From assembly GCF_009834535.1 (NCBI RefSeq), contig NC_045696.1, forward strand, positions 70,434,001 to 70,498,000: DNA of 64,000 nt, given 5' to 3'. A program made the translations under genes and the position numbers. The notes under the pieces are model-generated. The model saw only the letters and a program-made list of their open reading frames with translations, did no database searches and was not told where the DNA came from. Positions 38,950 to 51,600 of the stretch are shown in pieces (positions within the stretch are counted from its first letter, which is position 1; each line of letters begins with the position of its first letter). The DNA is from Camelus ferus. Lineage: Eukaryota.

Positions 38950-40070
38950 CTACCATTTCTTCCTCTGCCTATTTCTTAAATGTAGGTCTTCCTCCAAAAT
39001 ACTAGCTCAAGCCCTTTTGTTTTCATTTTTTCAGTAATTTTAGCCATTCCTATGGTTTTAACTCCTATGTCCATGCTGATAACTTTCAAATATACACCTT
39101 CAGCCCTTATTCCTTTCATAATCTACAGGATGAAATTTCAACCCACTCTAGGACATCTATTTCTACATGGATGGATGTCCTGCAATCACCTTGAAATATA
39201 TATGTATGTGTAAAACTCAACTCATTTTTCTCACTTCAAATCTGCTCCTCCCCGCTACACTTCCAAACTAAGTTAACAAAATCATGACCTTTAAGTCAGC
39301 CAGTTTATAAATTTTCATCATCTCTGATGCTTTCTTGTCCTTCAACCACACATTCAAACAAACTGTTAATTTTGTTAATTCCCCTTCCATACTCTCATAT
39401 ACTCACTACTTTTACTCTGGTGGAGCTCTTCAACACCTCATCTGCACTACTGCAGCAGCCTCTTAATTGAACTTTTGACTTCCAAATCTTGTCTTCCTCA
39501 TTCCCTTTTATACTGTCACTAGAGATCTCTTAAATACAAGTCCAAACACATCAGTCCCATTCATAAAAAACATCAAAGGCATCTACTTTTTGAAAAACAG
39601 AAGGTCAGTAAACCTCTGGCCCTAAGTAAACACAGTAAACATTCCGGTGCATCTTCCCACCTTCCACTCTTGTATCACCAGATTATTTCCTGCTCCCCAA
39701 GGTGACCAGCCGGGTGCTTTCACGCTCATGTTCTCCTCACCCTAGAAGACTCTTTCCTTGTTTCTGCCTATCAAACTCCTATTCATCATTCCAGTCATAA
39801 TTACGTTGAAAAGTCACATCTCCCATGGAAGTATCTCTGATTCATCAGTTACAAAGAGTTCCCTAATTTTCCACAATCCTTTGCCACTCTCACTGTACCT
39901 CTTTTATAATAGATGATTCTACCTTCATTAGAAGTCAATTTACATATATGTCTCCTTCAAGAGACTGTCGTTCTTTGGGAGAGGACTGTGTGTTAGCCAT
40001 CTGTGTATAATTCATAGGAACTAGGACAGTGTCTGGCAATTAGCAAATACTCCAAAACTCTTAAGCGTAC
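38950..40070 (+). mobile_element. L2 fragments
   Basis: GCCATTCCTATGGTTTTAACTCCTATGTCCATGCTGATAACTTTCAAAT...; ends near GGACAGTGTCTGGCAATTAGCAAATACTC. Confidence 0.65.
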
Positions 40071-40568
40071 AGTCAAAATTGAACCTGACAGTAAATGGTA
40101 GTTATGGGACTATTACTGAGAAATTTATCTTCAATGGAATTCAGGAACTGGCTTCTCCAGACATATCACCTGTAAATCACTGTAGTGATTTTGGGGAAGC
40201 ATTCTTCTTACTTTTCCCTCAGTCTTTCATGTAATGTCTGCAGAAATTATTCTCATAACAATAAATTGAAAAAGAAAAATGCAATACATGCAACAAACCT
40301 AACAGTCAAATTGACTGAACACATACTGATAGTACAAAAATAATAATTAAGGTTTAGTTGGACTAAAGATGGAAAAGTCAACCAAGTGTTTATGTAAGTT
40401 CCAAAAACAGATAATCTACAGAGAATTAGGGTAAAGGTATTTAGGGGAATGTGTGGGATAAGGAGTCCAGGAAATATGTAGTGTGTTAAAAAGGTAAAAC
40501 AATCTAAAAGTCACCTATTAAGTGATTCTCTGATCTTTAGAAGGGCTATTTTGAAACATCAAGTAATA

Positions 40569-41780
40569 GGAAAACAAATAATCCAATTCAAAAGTGGGCA
40601 AAGGATTTTAATAGCCATTTCTCCAAAGAAGATATACAAATGGCCAATAAGCCCAAGAAAAGATGCTCAACATCACTAATCATTAGGAAAATGCATATCA
40701 AAACTGCAGTGAGATGCTACCTCACACCCATCAGCCTGGCTACTATCAAAAAAACAGAATATAACAAGTGTTAATGAAGATGTAGAGCCTTGAAACCGTT
40801 TGTGCATTGCTGGTGAGAATGTAAAATGATACAGCATTATGGAAAATGATATATGGTGGTTCCTCAAAAAATTAAAAATAGAATTACCATTTCATCCAGC
40901 AATCCCACTTCTCAGTATATACCCAGAAGAACTGAAAGCAGGGACTCAAAAAGATATTTGCACATTCATGTTCATAACAGCATTATTCACAAAAGTCAAA
41001 AGGTGGAAGCAACCCAAGTGTCCATGGATGAATGAATAGAAAAACAAAATGTGGTATACATATAAAATGGAACATTATTCAACCTTAAAAATGAATGAAA
41101 TTCATTTGCAAAAATAAATTTATTTACAAAACAGAAAAAGACTCACAGACACAGAAAACAAACTCATGGTTACCAAGGGGTGGGAAGGGTAAATTGGGAG
41201 TTTGAGATTTGCAGATACTAACTACTCTATATATAGTTCTGTATAGCACAGGGAACTGTACTCAGTTATCTTGTAGTAACCTATTATGAAAAAGAATATG
41301 AAAAAGAATATATGTGTGTATACATATGACTGAAACATTATGCTGTACACCAGAAATTGATACAATATTGTAAACTGAGTATATACTTCAATAAAAAAAA
41401 AAGAATGAAATTCTGACATGTACCACAACATGGATAAATCTTGAAGACACAATACTAAATGCAGTAAGTTAGACAAAAAAGGACAAATACTGTTTGATTT
41501 CACTTATACGATATACATAGAGGAATCAAATTCATCGAGTCAGAAAGTAGAATGGTGGTTAATAGAGCTGAGCTGGGAAGAGGGAATGGGCAGTAACTGT
41601 CTCATGGGCACACAGTTTTAGTTTGGGAAGTTAAAAAGTTCTGGAGATGGATGGTGGTGATGGTTGCACAACAATGTGAATGTACTTACTGCCACTGGAC
41701 TGTACATTTAGAAATGGTTAAAATAGTGAATTTTATGTTATATATATCGTACTACAATTTTACAAAATAAATAATTTTTT
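40569..41780 (+). mobile_element. L1MB-type 3' end (copy A)
   Basis: ORF2 C-terminus (WWFLKKLKIELPFHPAIPLLSIYPEELK...WKQPKCP) followed by a 3' UTR with GAGATGGATGGTGGTGATGGTTGCACAACAATGTGAATG. Confidence 0.9.
41104..41402 (+). mobile_element. Younger cetartiodactyl-type L1 3' end nested in copy A
   Basis: GACTCACAGACACAGAAAACAAACTCATGGTTACC...ACTTCAATAAAAAAAA. TSD GAATGAAATTC at 41093-41103 and 41403-41413. Confidence 0.88.
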
Positions 41781-42281
41781 TAGTATCAAGGAATATAATG
41801 GAAATTATATGTCTATCTATGACAAAGCCATTTAAGATCCTAAACTGTCAAATTTTATTGCTTTGTGCTAAAATTATATAAATTCAATACAGAAAAACTG
41901 GCTGTTACTTACTGATTAGAAGCCCACTTTGCTGTTGTTCACCCCATTATAGTAATTTTTAGGATGTTAGCATGTACCTCATTTATAATAACCAAAACAT
42001 AAGTATATAGAAATATAACCAAAAAATTAATCAGTATCAGTGAAGAGTACCTAAATTTCTATATAATGACCTCTACTGACAGCACCACAAAATCACAATG
42101 GTTTATATTACTTCCCTAAGCCCTTGAAAACAAGATAAAATTGGGATTAATATTAAAGTGGATAAATAGTAATTATGCAGATCAATGTAATTATTACTTA
42201 ATAAATACAGTTTATCATTTACTATTTTTAAAACATGAGGCCCATGGGAAAAGAAATTGTAAATTACACTCCAGAACTTAC

Positions 42282-42324
42282 TTTCATCTTGATGTGTTAT
42301 CTCTTGAAGTTTGCTTTGTAGTCT
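42282..42324 (-). CDS. VPS8: VPS8 coding exon, 43 nt (RLQSKLQEITHQDE+a), phase 0-1
   Basis: Acceptor ttttatctcctag|AGA and donor AAA|gtaagt. Phase is compatible with both neighbours. Confidence 0.93.
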
Positions 42325-43682
42325 CTAGGAGATAAAAAGAACACTTTATATTTCTAATCCACCAAAATCTGAATTAACATATTTTAAAGGTAAAACCCAA
42401 GAAACAACAAGGTTATTAAGAGTGATCTCTGTAATTTAGATGAGAATTGTTCTGTATATAGAGAGCATCACTAGTGGTACTGGAACTGACCCAAAATACC
42501 AAATATCACTCACTGTGTGCCACTTTGGCTTCTGTTGTATCACCACATAGTTAATAATGATAATCTTCAGGCAAAGTAATGAAAATTAGGATTAATCCAA
42601 ACTTGGAATAAGGGAATAAAATTCATACTGGGTTATGAGAAAAAGGGATGAGTGGGAATAAAAAGGAGATGACAAGTCTATCGCCACAGCATAGGGCACA
42701 GCCTTGAGTGTGGCATCTCCCAAGTATGCAGTTGTAGTAGCCACTGCTCTACTGAATTCTGGATTCTTAGACACCCTTAACTGATGTTCCAAGGGCTTCT
42801 TAATACAAACTGAAGCTGATCTTAATCTATCCCTTCTGCCCCGAATTTGCTCCTTTCCCTGAGGTCCCTTACAGGCTAATGTTAAGCTAAAATTCAGAAT
42901 ATCATTAACTCACTGTCATTCACCCCATACCATATCCAAATGATCAGTAAGTTCTCAAATCCACCTCCTCTCACTCCACGACTACTGCCATACCCAGCTC
43001 AAGCCCTCATGGAGTCACACCTGTACTACTGCCACACACCGCCAAGTGCTCTCTGCTTCCGGTATTACCTTCCCCTTCTCTACCCCTCTCTCATAGATTC
43101 TCCTAGAGTCAGCAGAGCAGTCTTTATGAAGCAAACAGTATCACATCAGTTCCTTGTTTAAAAACCTTTAGTTGATCCTTTGTGAAATCATTATCAGTTC
43201 TAATTCTTTACAGCATGTTTTACAAAATCTTTCCAAATCTGGATCTAGCCTTTGTTTCTAGCCTGACCCGCCTATACATTGATAGTTGAGCCCTAGCAAG
43301 GCTACTGGTTCCTCTCCTAGAAGCTCATATTTCTTCATATTCCTATGCCTTTGCAAATGGTCATCTTATTCCCTGTGAGGATCTCCCGCTTCTCCATTTC
43401 CTATCCATGCCAGGAATACTTTTACTTATCCTTTAAAATTAGGTTCATGATATCATTAACAAATAAATTGCAAGAAGAAAAAGAGAGGTTGGGGTAACTT
43501 AGAGATTAAAAGAGGTTAAGTGCCTACACAAATCCTCTGTGGAATATTGTTCCTGGCCTGTTTCACAGTTATAAGGCTAGAAAAAGACAGGAAGCCAATA
43601 CGAACCATTTTTTAAAGTTATAAATAGGACATCCCTAATCTATTCCTAGCTAGATGACAATGTTTGAAAAACTGGTATGTAA

Positions 43683-44385
43683 CACTTCACACCCATTAGG
43701 ATGGCTGCCATCAAGAAAACAACAAGTGTTGGTGAGGATGTGGAGAAGCTAAAACCCTGGTGCACTGCAGATGAGAATGTAAAATGATACAGACATTATG
43801 GAAAATGATATAGTGTTCCTCAAATAATTAAAAATAGAATTACCATTTCATCCAGCAATCTCATTTCTCAGTATATATTCCAAAGAATTGAAAGTAAGGA
43901 CTCAAAAATTCATTTGCACACCCATGTTCATAACAGCATTATTCACAATAGTCAAAAGGTGGAAGCAACCCAAGTATCAATGGATGAATGAATGGAAAAA
44001 CAAAATGCGGCATATACATAAAATGGAGTATTATTCAGCCTTTAAAATGAATGAAATTTTGATATGTGCCACAACATGGATAAATCTTGAAGATCTTATG
44101 GTTATATAGTGCAATAAGCTGGACACAAAAAGAACAAATATTGTTTGACTCCTCTTATATGAAGTATCTAGAGTAATCAAATTCATAGAGTCTAAAGTAG
44201 AATGGTGGTTGCCAGGGGCTGGGTGGCTGGGAAGAATGGGGAGTAATTATCTAATGAGTTTGGGAAGTTCAAAAAGACTGGGAGATGGATGGTGGTGATG
44301 GCTGCAAAACAATGTGAATATGTTTAATGCCATTGAAATGGTAAATTTTATGCTATTTTACAACAAGTAAAAGAATGGGAAAAAT
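43683..44385 (+). mobile_element. L1MB-type 3' end (copy B)
   Basis: Peptide ICTPMFITALFTIVKRWKQPKY, colinear with copy A. Confidence 0.88.
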
Positions 44386-44399
44386 TTTTTTTGGAAAAA

Positions 44400-45262
44400 T
44401 TGATAGGACACCAACTGTTGGTGGGAATGTGAAGCAATCAAAACTCTCCTGCATCATTGGTGGAATGTAAAATGCCACAATCACTTCGGAAAAAATGGCT
44501 GCTAATTTCTTATAAAAGCAAACCTATGCCTATCCTGTGATAGACCAATTCCACAACTTGGTATTGACTCCAGGGAAAGGAAAACATTTTTGTACAAGAG
44601 TGGTCACAGCAACTTTACTCATAATAGTCAAAACCTAGAAACAGCTCAGGTGTCAATCAACAGGAGAATGGATAAAATGTGGTAGATTCCTACAATTAAA
44701 CAGTACTCAGCAATAAAAGGCACAAACTACTGACACATGCAATAACAGAGATAAACCTCAAAAACATTATGCTGAATGAAAGAAGAATCATATTAGAGTA
44801 TCTACTGATCCATTCCATTAATATGAATGAATAAAACAGGCAAAACTCACCCACAATGAAAAAAACCAGAAGAGTAGTTATCTCTAGGGGGATGTAAGCG
44901 GGGGCTGACTGTGAAGGAACTTTCTGAGTTGAAGGTAATGTTCTCTATCTTGTTGGGGACTAGGGTTACACAGATGTATATATTTGTTAAAACTCAATAA
45001 ACAGCACATTTAAAACTTTGCATTGTGTATGTTTATTTTACCTTAAAAAATGCCACAAAGGAAGATCAACTCTAGTCAATGACACATGTGATAAAAATAT
45101 TTACAGATAAAATGTACTATTGTCTGCAATTACTTTGAAACATAAGAAATTAAGATGGATTGATGAAAACTTACACCATGTTATATGTCCAATAAAAAAA
45201 ATGGATTGATAAGTGGACAGAGGGCTAGACAGAAACATGACAAAGCATACAGAGTAAAATGT
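44400..45262 (+). mobile_element. Old L1MC/MD/ME-type 3' end
   Basis: TGGAATGTAAAATGCCACAATCACTTCGGAAAA, AACCTCAAAAACATTATGCTGAATGAAAGAAG, TGTCTGCAATTACTTTGAAA. Confidence 0.7.
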
Positions 45263-45265
45263 TAC

Positions 45266-45355
45266 CTCTAGCATTATTAAGAAGGCACCATGAATATCTC
45301 CTTTCTTTTCTAATAGATAAGCAGTGACTTCATGAAGTTGATACTTCTGGGTAAT
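45266..45355 (-). CDS. VPS8: VPS8 coding exon, 90 nt (ITQKYQLHEVTAYLLEKKGDIHGAFLIMLE), phase 0-0
   Basis: Acceptor ttttttcctag|ATT and donor GAG|gtaaca. The AYLLEKKGD motif is typical of the Vps8 clathrin-like solenoid. Confidence 0.96.
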
Positions 45356-45769
45356 CTAGGAAAAAAGAAAAGATAAACCTTCACAAATCTTGTTCATGGA
45401 GTCAGAAGATCCTATTAAGAATTTAAAAAAAAACTTTGATAATAAATAATGAATTCAAACCCTAGTAGTATGCTTCTTTACAGTATAATATGCAAACATT
45501 TGACTTTCTAGTCTTGGAGTGGCCCATTTGGGTCTCTAACTGAACCAAGGTCATTCTTTTTTGTTTTTCACTATTTATTTAAAAAGTTGTTATGCACCTG
45601 AATTAGGTGTATCCATTGCACAAAAGGTAAAATGAATATATAAATAGTAACAATACATACCAGAAATTGACAAGTATAACTATACACAGAATATTTAGAA
45701 CAAAATGACAATGAAAACACTACACATTAGCTTGTGGGGTCTCAAAAAAAAAAGAATGGAACTTTTTTA

Positions 45770-47880
45770 ATTTAATAAAAATTATCTATCAAAATCCTAT
45801 AATAAAAACCATATTTAATATAAAATGTTAGACACTTTCCCTTTTACATCAGGAATGAGAATGCACACTATCATTGCCTCTATTCAATAATACCCCAGAG
45901 CTCCTAGACATCTGATAAGGGAATGAAAAAAAGCATAAGATTGGAAAGAAAAAAAACTACCATGGTTCTCAGGAAATACGGTCATAAAAAATCTAGAAAC
46001 TATTTGAATGATAAACGGATTCAGCCTGGTTGCAAGATATAAAACAACATACAAAAATTAATAATATATACCAACAGTAATTAATAAAAAAAGTTATTTC
46101 AAAAAATTTCCTTTCACAATGTTAACAAGAAGTTTAAGTATCTGGGAACAAATATAAGAAAATATGCAAGAGACTTATGTAAATTACATAAAGTAATAAA
46201 GCCTCACCAAAGAGCATAAAAGGCATTTTCAAAAGGCAATCATGTTCCTGAATGTGAAAACAGTACCATAAAATGTCAACCCTCCCTGAATTAATCTAAA
46301 AATTCAATGTATTTTTTCATCAAAATCCCCAAAGTGTATTATTTTTAAAGTAATGTGACAATGTGATTTCTAAATTGATATGAAATAGTAAGAAGCCAGG
46401 AGTAGCCAAAGAGTTTTAAAGAAAAAGAATGACGAGGGAAGAATCTTCTTTCAACTAATAAACCTTATTTTAAAGCTATATTCATTAAAATATGTGGTAC
46501 CGGCATAAAGAAAGACAAATGACCAAAGGAACAGAACAGAATCCACAAAAACATCTATGTATATTTGGGAGTTGGTGTATGGCAGTAAGGCACTAAAATA
46601 AGTAAAGAAAGGACAATAAAATGACATGTGGACCATTAGTCATCCACATGGAAAAAAAATACATAAATCTCTCTCCTGATCTGTTTACAAAAATAAATTC
46701 CAGATAGATTAAAAGCCTAAATGTAAAAAGCCGAACTATAAAACTCATACAAGAGGATATCCTTTATGCTATTAAAGCAGGAAAGGAAATAAAAGTCACA
46801 CACATAAAATTTTAACTTTAAAGGAAAAGAATGATAAATTAAAATAGAAGTCACTGAAAACCAATTTAAAAACATGCCATAACAGCCTGGAAGAAGGCAC
46901 CTCTGGCATATAAAATCATATAGCATTAGAAATCCAGAAATTAGCAAGAACTTCTAGAAATCAGTACAAAGGGCAAACCCTCAATAGGAAAATGGGCAAA
47001 GAATATGAATAGATAGTTCAGGGAAAAGAAAATCCAAAGTGTCATTAAACATATGGAAAGATATGCAGTGTTGTGAGTAACCATCACACTGGCAAAAATT
47101 AAGAAGTCTAAAACAACAAGGGCTATGGGTCATACTCTATCAAATAAGAAAAAAGAATTAAGTCTAAAAATATTAGGAATCAGCAACAATGTGGAAAAAC
47201 AGCAAACTAAAAACACTTGATGATGAGAATGGTAACAAATAAGAAATCAATTTGGCAAAAATCAGTGGAATTAAGCTACTTTATTGTCTAGAGAATTCCA
47301 CTTCCAGGTATATTAAGGTATATTACTCAGAGAAATCTCACATGAGTACATGGAAGATATGTACAAAGATGTCCAATACAGCTGTTGTTTATAATGGCAA
47401 AAAGATTGAAAACAATGTGAAAGTCTATGAATAAGAACATATATAAACTGTGGCATGGTCAGTCAATAGACTACTGTATGAAGATTAAAATGAATGAACT
47501 AGATCTACACATAAAAAATTGACAGATAAAAAAGTAATAAAAAATAATTTGCATTAGGATATATATGGTATGATACCATTAACACAAATTTTAAAAATAC
47601 ATAAAACTGTATCTTGTGTTCTATAGGTAAATACATACATAGGAAAAATAAAAAACATGGATGGGAAGGATAAACTGCCCATTTTCAGGTTGGTGGTAAG
47701 CTCAGGGGAGACATGACTGATAAAGGGTGCTTTATTTCTAAAACAAACAACAAAACAACAAAGATAGAAGCCAGTATAGCAAAATGTTAACATCTATAAA
47801 ATTGGGTTGGTGGATACACACGTATCTGATATTCTGTACATTTTTATATATTTGAAACATTTCATAATTTAAAATTTTTT
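45770..47880 (+). mobile_element. Highly degraded L1ME-type ORF2 plus 3' end
   Basis: A-rich, with L1 motifs AAAATAAATTCCAGATAGATTAAAAGCCTAAATGT, AAATGGGCAAAGAATATGAATAG and TATAGCAAAATGTTAAC. Confidence 0.75.
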
Positions 47881-48354
47881 GGGTGTGTGGGCAGTTCAGG
47901 AGGTGGATGTGGAAAACACAGGTTACCGTTTCATGAGTATTGATAACAAAGGAAAGGAGACTTGATGGTAACTTAAAAACAAATTTTAAACAGGGAACGT
48001 ACTAGCCTCTTAGATTAGAGTTTATGTGTATATGCATATACACATAAGTACGTGTGTGTGTACACACACATTCATTTTCATTTGGAAACAGGAGGAAACA
48101 AGGAAAAGAGGATCAAGGCAATGCCTGTGCTAAGGCTACTGAATTGCCATCTAGCCTGGTAAGTCTTAACGGCGCAATAGGACTATCTAATCATCAGTGC
48201 CTGCAAATAAGAGCTTTTTTTTTTTTTTTTAATATTTTTATGGTATTCCTCTCTCTATGTTAATCATGTTGGCTAGAATATCTGTGAAACTTGATTAATA
48301 ACAATGATGGACATGTTTCTGATTTTACTGGAATAAATGGAGAAGCAATTTATC

Positions 48355-48490
48355 ACAGCAATGGAGAGCATGCACTATGGAGTCAGACTATCTGGGTTTA
48401 ATCTCAGGTGCTAGCACTTACTAGGTATAAATTTAGGCAGGTAATTTAATATGAGTCTCCCTTTGGTCATTTATACAACGATGAATGATG
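48355..48490 (+). mobile_element. MIR 5' fragment
   Basis: GAGAGCATGCACTATGGAGTCAGACTATCTGGGTTTAATCTCAGGTGCTAGCACTTACTAG. Confidence 0.7.
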
Positions 48491-48532
48491 AAGAAAATTT
48501 CACTCTTGCCTCCTCCACATCAGGGGTCTTAC

Positions 48533-48680
48533 CTGGACGGTTTCTTCCAGGCGGTAGCACTCAAGGACTTGCAGCGTGTCTATAACCTGGTTTGGGCTGA
48601 ACTGACACAACAGCTCAATGAACTGCTCTGTGATACAGGGAGAGATCTGCAGCGATTCTTGATTTATGTGAATACCTTCT
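48533..48680 (-). CDS. VPS8: VPS8 coding exon, 148 nt (EGIHINQESLQISPCITEQFIELLCQFSPNQVIDTLQVLECYRLEETVQ), phase 2-0
   Basis: Acceptor ttttgttttcag|A, donor CAG|gtaaga, open frame, VPS8-like peptide. Confidence 0.96.
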
Positions 48681-51600
48681 CTGAAAACAAAAAAGGCAAG
48701 AGAATGGCATTATTTAATCACATCTATAATTAAGGATACAGGCAAAAAGTATGTTACCTTAAAACCAAGACCACTTTTTGGTCAGATAAAATTGTGAATT
48801 ACATCAGAGACATTCTAAATCACAATATTTCTAAGTTTACATTGAATAATTAAGGAAATAATATTCAGTGGAGGCTCCTCTGAATCACACTCAAAGATGT
48901 TCTGTTGCTCGAAAAGAAACAAAGATGACTTAGTTCAGTTTAAACAACATTATCCATGAGTAACTATATATAATAAACCATCTTCCAGTCTCAACAACTG
49001 TCCCTACTATACTTCCCTTATAGCACCAATCACATTGTGTTTTAATTACTTCTTTCGTTACACATCTTCTCTAAAAGACTAGAGAATTCTGTGAGGGTAG
49101 GTACAAGGTACATTCTCACCAGTAAATTCTCAAAGCCTACAACAGTGTCTTGCATGTAGCAAGGGCTAATTATTTAGTTGTTGTTAAAACAAGTAAGTGG
49201 ATAAATAGGAGGATATACAATATTTATGGTCCATTCATCTTGTAAGCCAGCTCTTCACAAAGCCCACTATTCACAATGCGGACACAAAAGCTGCGTCAGT
49301 AGAGTACTAGCTTTATCGTGGTGGACATTCAACCACCAGTGGCCAAAAGGAACTATTCAGAAAATCAACTGCTGTGTATTGGGGATCCAAGAATCACTTT
49401 CTCTTTATCTTCAAAAGAAGTCAGTTCCTTCTGGGAGTCCTATCTTCTCTTCAGAATTCCTCAACTAAAGCTCCTCATATACAGAACTGGAATATGGTTA
49501 ATAAGATACAAAAATGATTGCTTGGGAAACTAACCTTCTGAAGAAAAGTTAATGGTCTAAAGCAACAGTTTTTCTCACGTTACGGAGCAGAGAAAATGAA
49601 AATATTTGCCTGGCCCATCAGAGTGAAATAAGATTGATTACAAGGGACTCGGAGTGCCCTAAAAGCCACCCCTAAGAGCTGAGGATCCAACCACATCTGT
49701 AACCCAGGTGCAGCTCACCAAGAGCCACGGGTGGGAATCTCTGGACTCCAGAGGGAACGAGCTGGGGATTATAATGACAGTAAATAACATTCCTATTTTT
49801 ACTAGTAAGAGGCTTCAGTTATAGAAGGAGGAATTATATATAGACAAAGGAAATTTTTCCCAAATTAAGAGCTTTATGACACAGACCTGACCAGAGGTTG
49901 GGTGATTATCTCACTAAGTTCTGCTGCTTGGGGCTTCCAATACTTGCTGATAGGCTAATTCAATCTATCCAGTATCTTCTCAGATTGGCTGTAGATCCCA
50001 AAGATATTTTCTTTTTCTTTTCTTGCCTTTTTTTTTTTTTTTTTTTTTGCATTTCACAACTGCCTTTAAGGCAGGATTTTGTTAAGTGACTGGCTATTCC
50101 CTATGTAGACCACCACATTAGTTCTTACCACATAACTTGAAAACTATCTGTTTAAATGTCTGTCCCAACTACACAATAAACTCTGAGAGCGAAGACTGTG
50201 TTGCATTCATCATTGTTTTCAGCATCAGTACAGGGCTGACACATAATAAACAAGAGCTCAGTAAATGCACACTGATTTGAACTGAACTGACTGGACTGCC
50301 TTCAAACAGAGGAACCCAAATGTAGAAATGTGTGTACACACACATTCATTTTCAAATTACAAGGATCAGGGCTACAAAGTCAGATGTAAATAGAAATAAG
50401 TCCTGTCAGGAAGTTCCACATACACGGAGAAAACAGGAGACGCACTTAATAAACCCAGGGAAATGCTAACTCTCTGTGTAGGACCAAGGCTGTCTCAATA
50501 GAATACTATCAGATAAAAGAGGAAGGGAGTGCTAACCAATGTTTTTCGACATTAAGGTGAATCAGTGTGCTTTCCAGATGTTTATGCTATGCTGTAGGTG
50601 GTGCCAATATTTTATCTATGTCAGACTTCCGTTAACATGTCTTATAAATGCAAGACTATGGAGCAAATTAAGATCAGACAAAAGTATCTGCCAATAAATC
50701 ACCGTATTTAATTCCTTCCAGAACATTTATTGACAAAACCCTTTATAAGTGCTGAAGATGTAAATTTACATCAAACCAAGCAAATCACCTAAACAAATAG
50801 ATTCTGATGCATTCATTTGTGAGGGAAGTAATGTGTCTGCTGGGAAATGATCAGACAACATCAACATAATCAAAACTTTAGTAAGTAAACTGTTGCATTA
50901 GTGAATTCACACCCATTTCTGACTGTCACTTATCAGTCTTGCACATAAATGTCATTTGTTACATCCATTTCTCAAAGATAATTCAGTTAAGTCTTCTGTC
51001 AGCTCCCTGCTTTGCCAAATACCCACTGCTAACTTTAATGGTTGTCAAAATTATGTATTTTAGACCTAAACTTTATCTACTTTTTTGGGAATTTCTATTT
51101 TAATAATAGTTTTGACTTATAAGATATAACATTTATATATGTATAAAGGGAGAATTTAACAAGACACACAAGCTTTCTTTTGTCAGCTTTAAAATAAAGT
51201 ATATGCATGCCTTGTGAAGCACATACATACACCTCAACCACACCCCAAAATTCAGGATGGAGAAAATATTCACTCTTACTTGGTGAAAATCATTTTAAAT
51301 CATAATCTTGTACAGTAGGCTATTTCTGAGGAAGAATAAACCGGTTTGAAAAACCTACATTAAAATGATTCTAAAATTCAAATTCTGATTTCAAAATATT
51401 TGACAAAGAAAATGAATACTGTGCAGGAATGAAAATGTTCGGTTTAGTCCTTCCCCCTAACTCTAAAAACTCCACAAAAATAGGCCAGTGTAGACTGCTT
51501 TTCTAGATCTATGAGAGAAGACTTCACAACCTCCCTCAGTGTCTTGTTTTGATAACTTAGGGCCACCTCAGCTTAGCCTCAATCCTGACTGGGAACTTTC

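Noticed and set aside
48485..48733. Plus-strand 82-aa ORF
   Set aside because: Antisense shadow of the 148-nt VPS8 exon.
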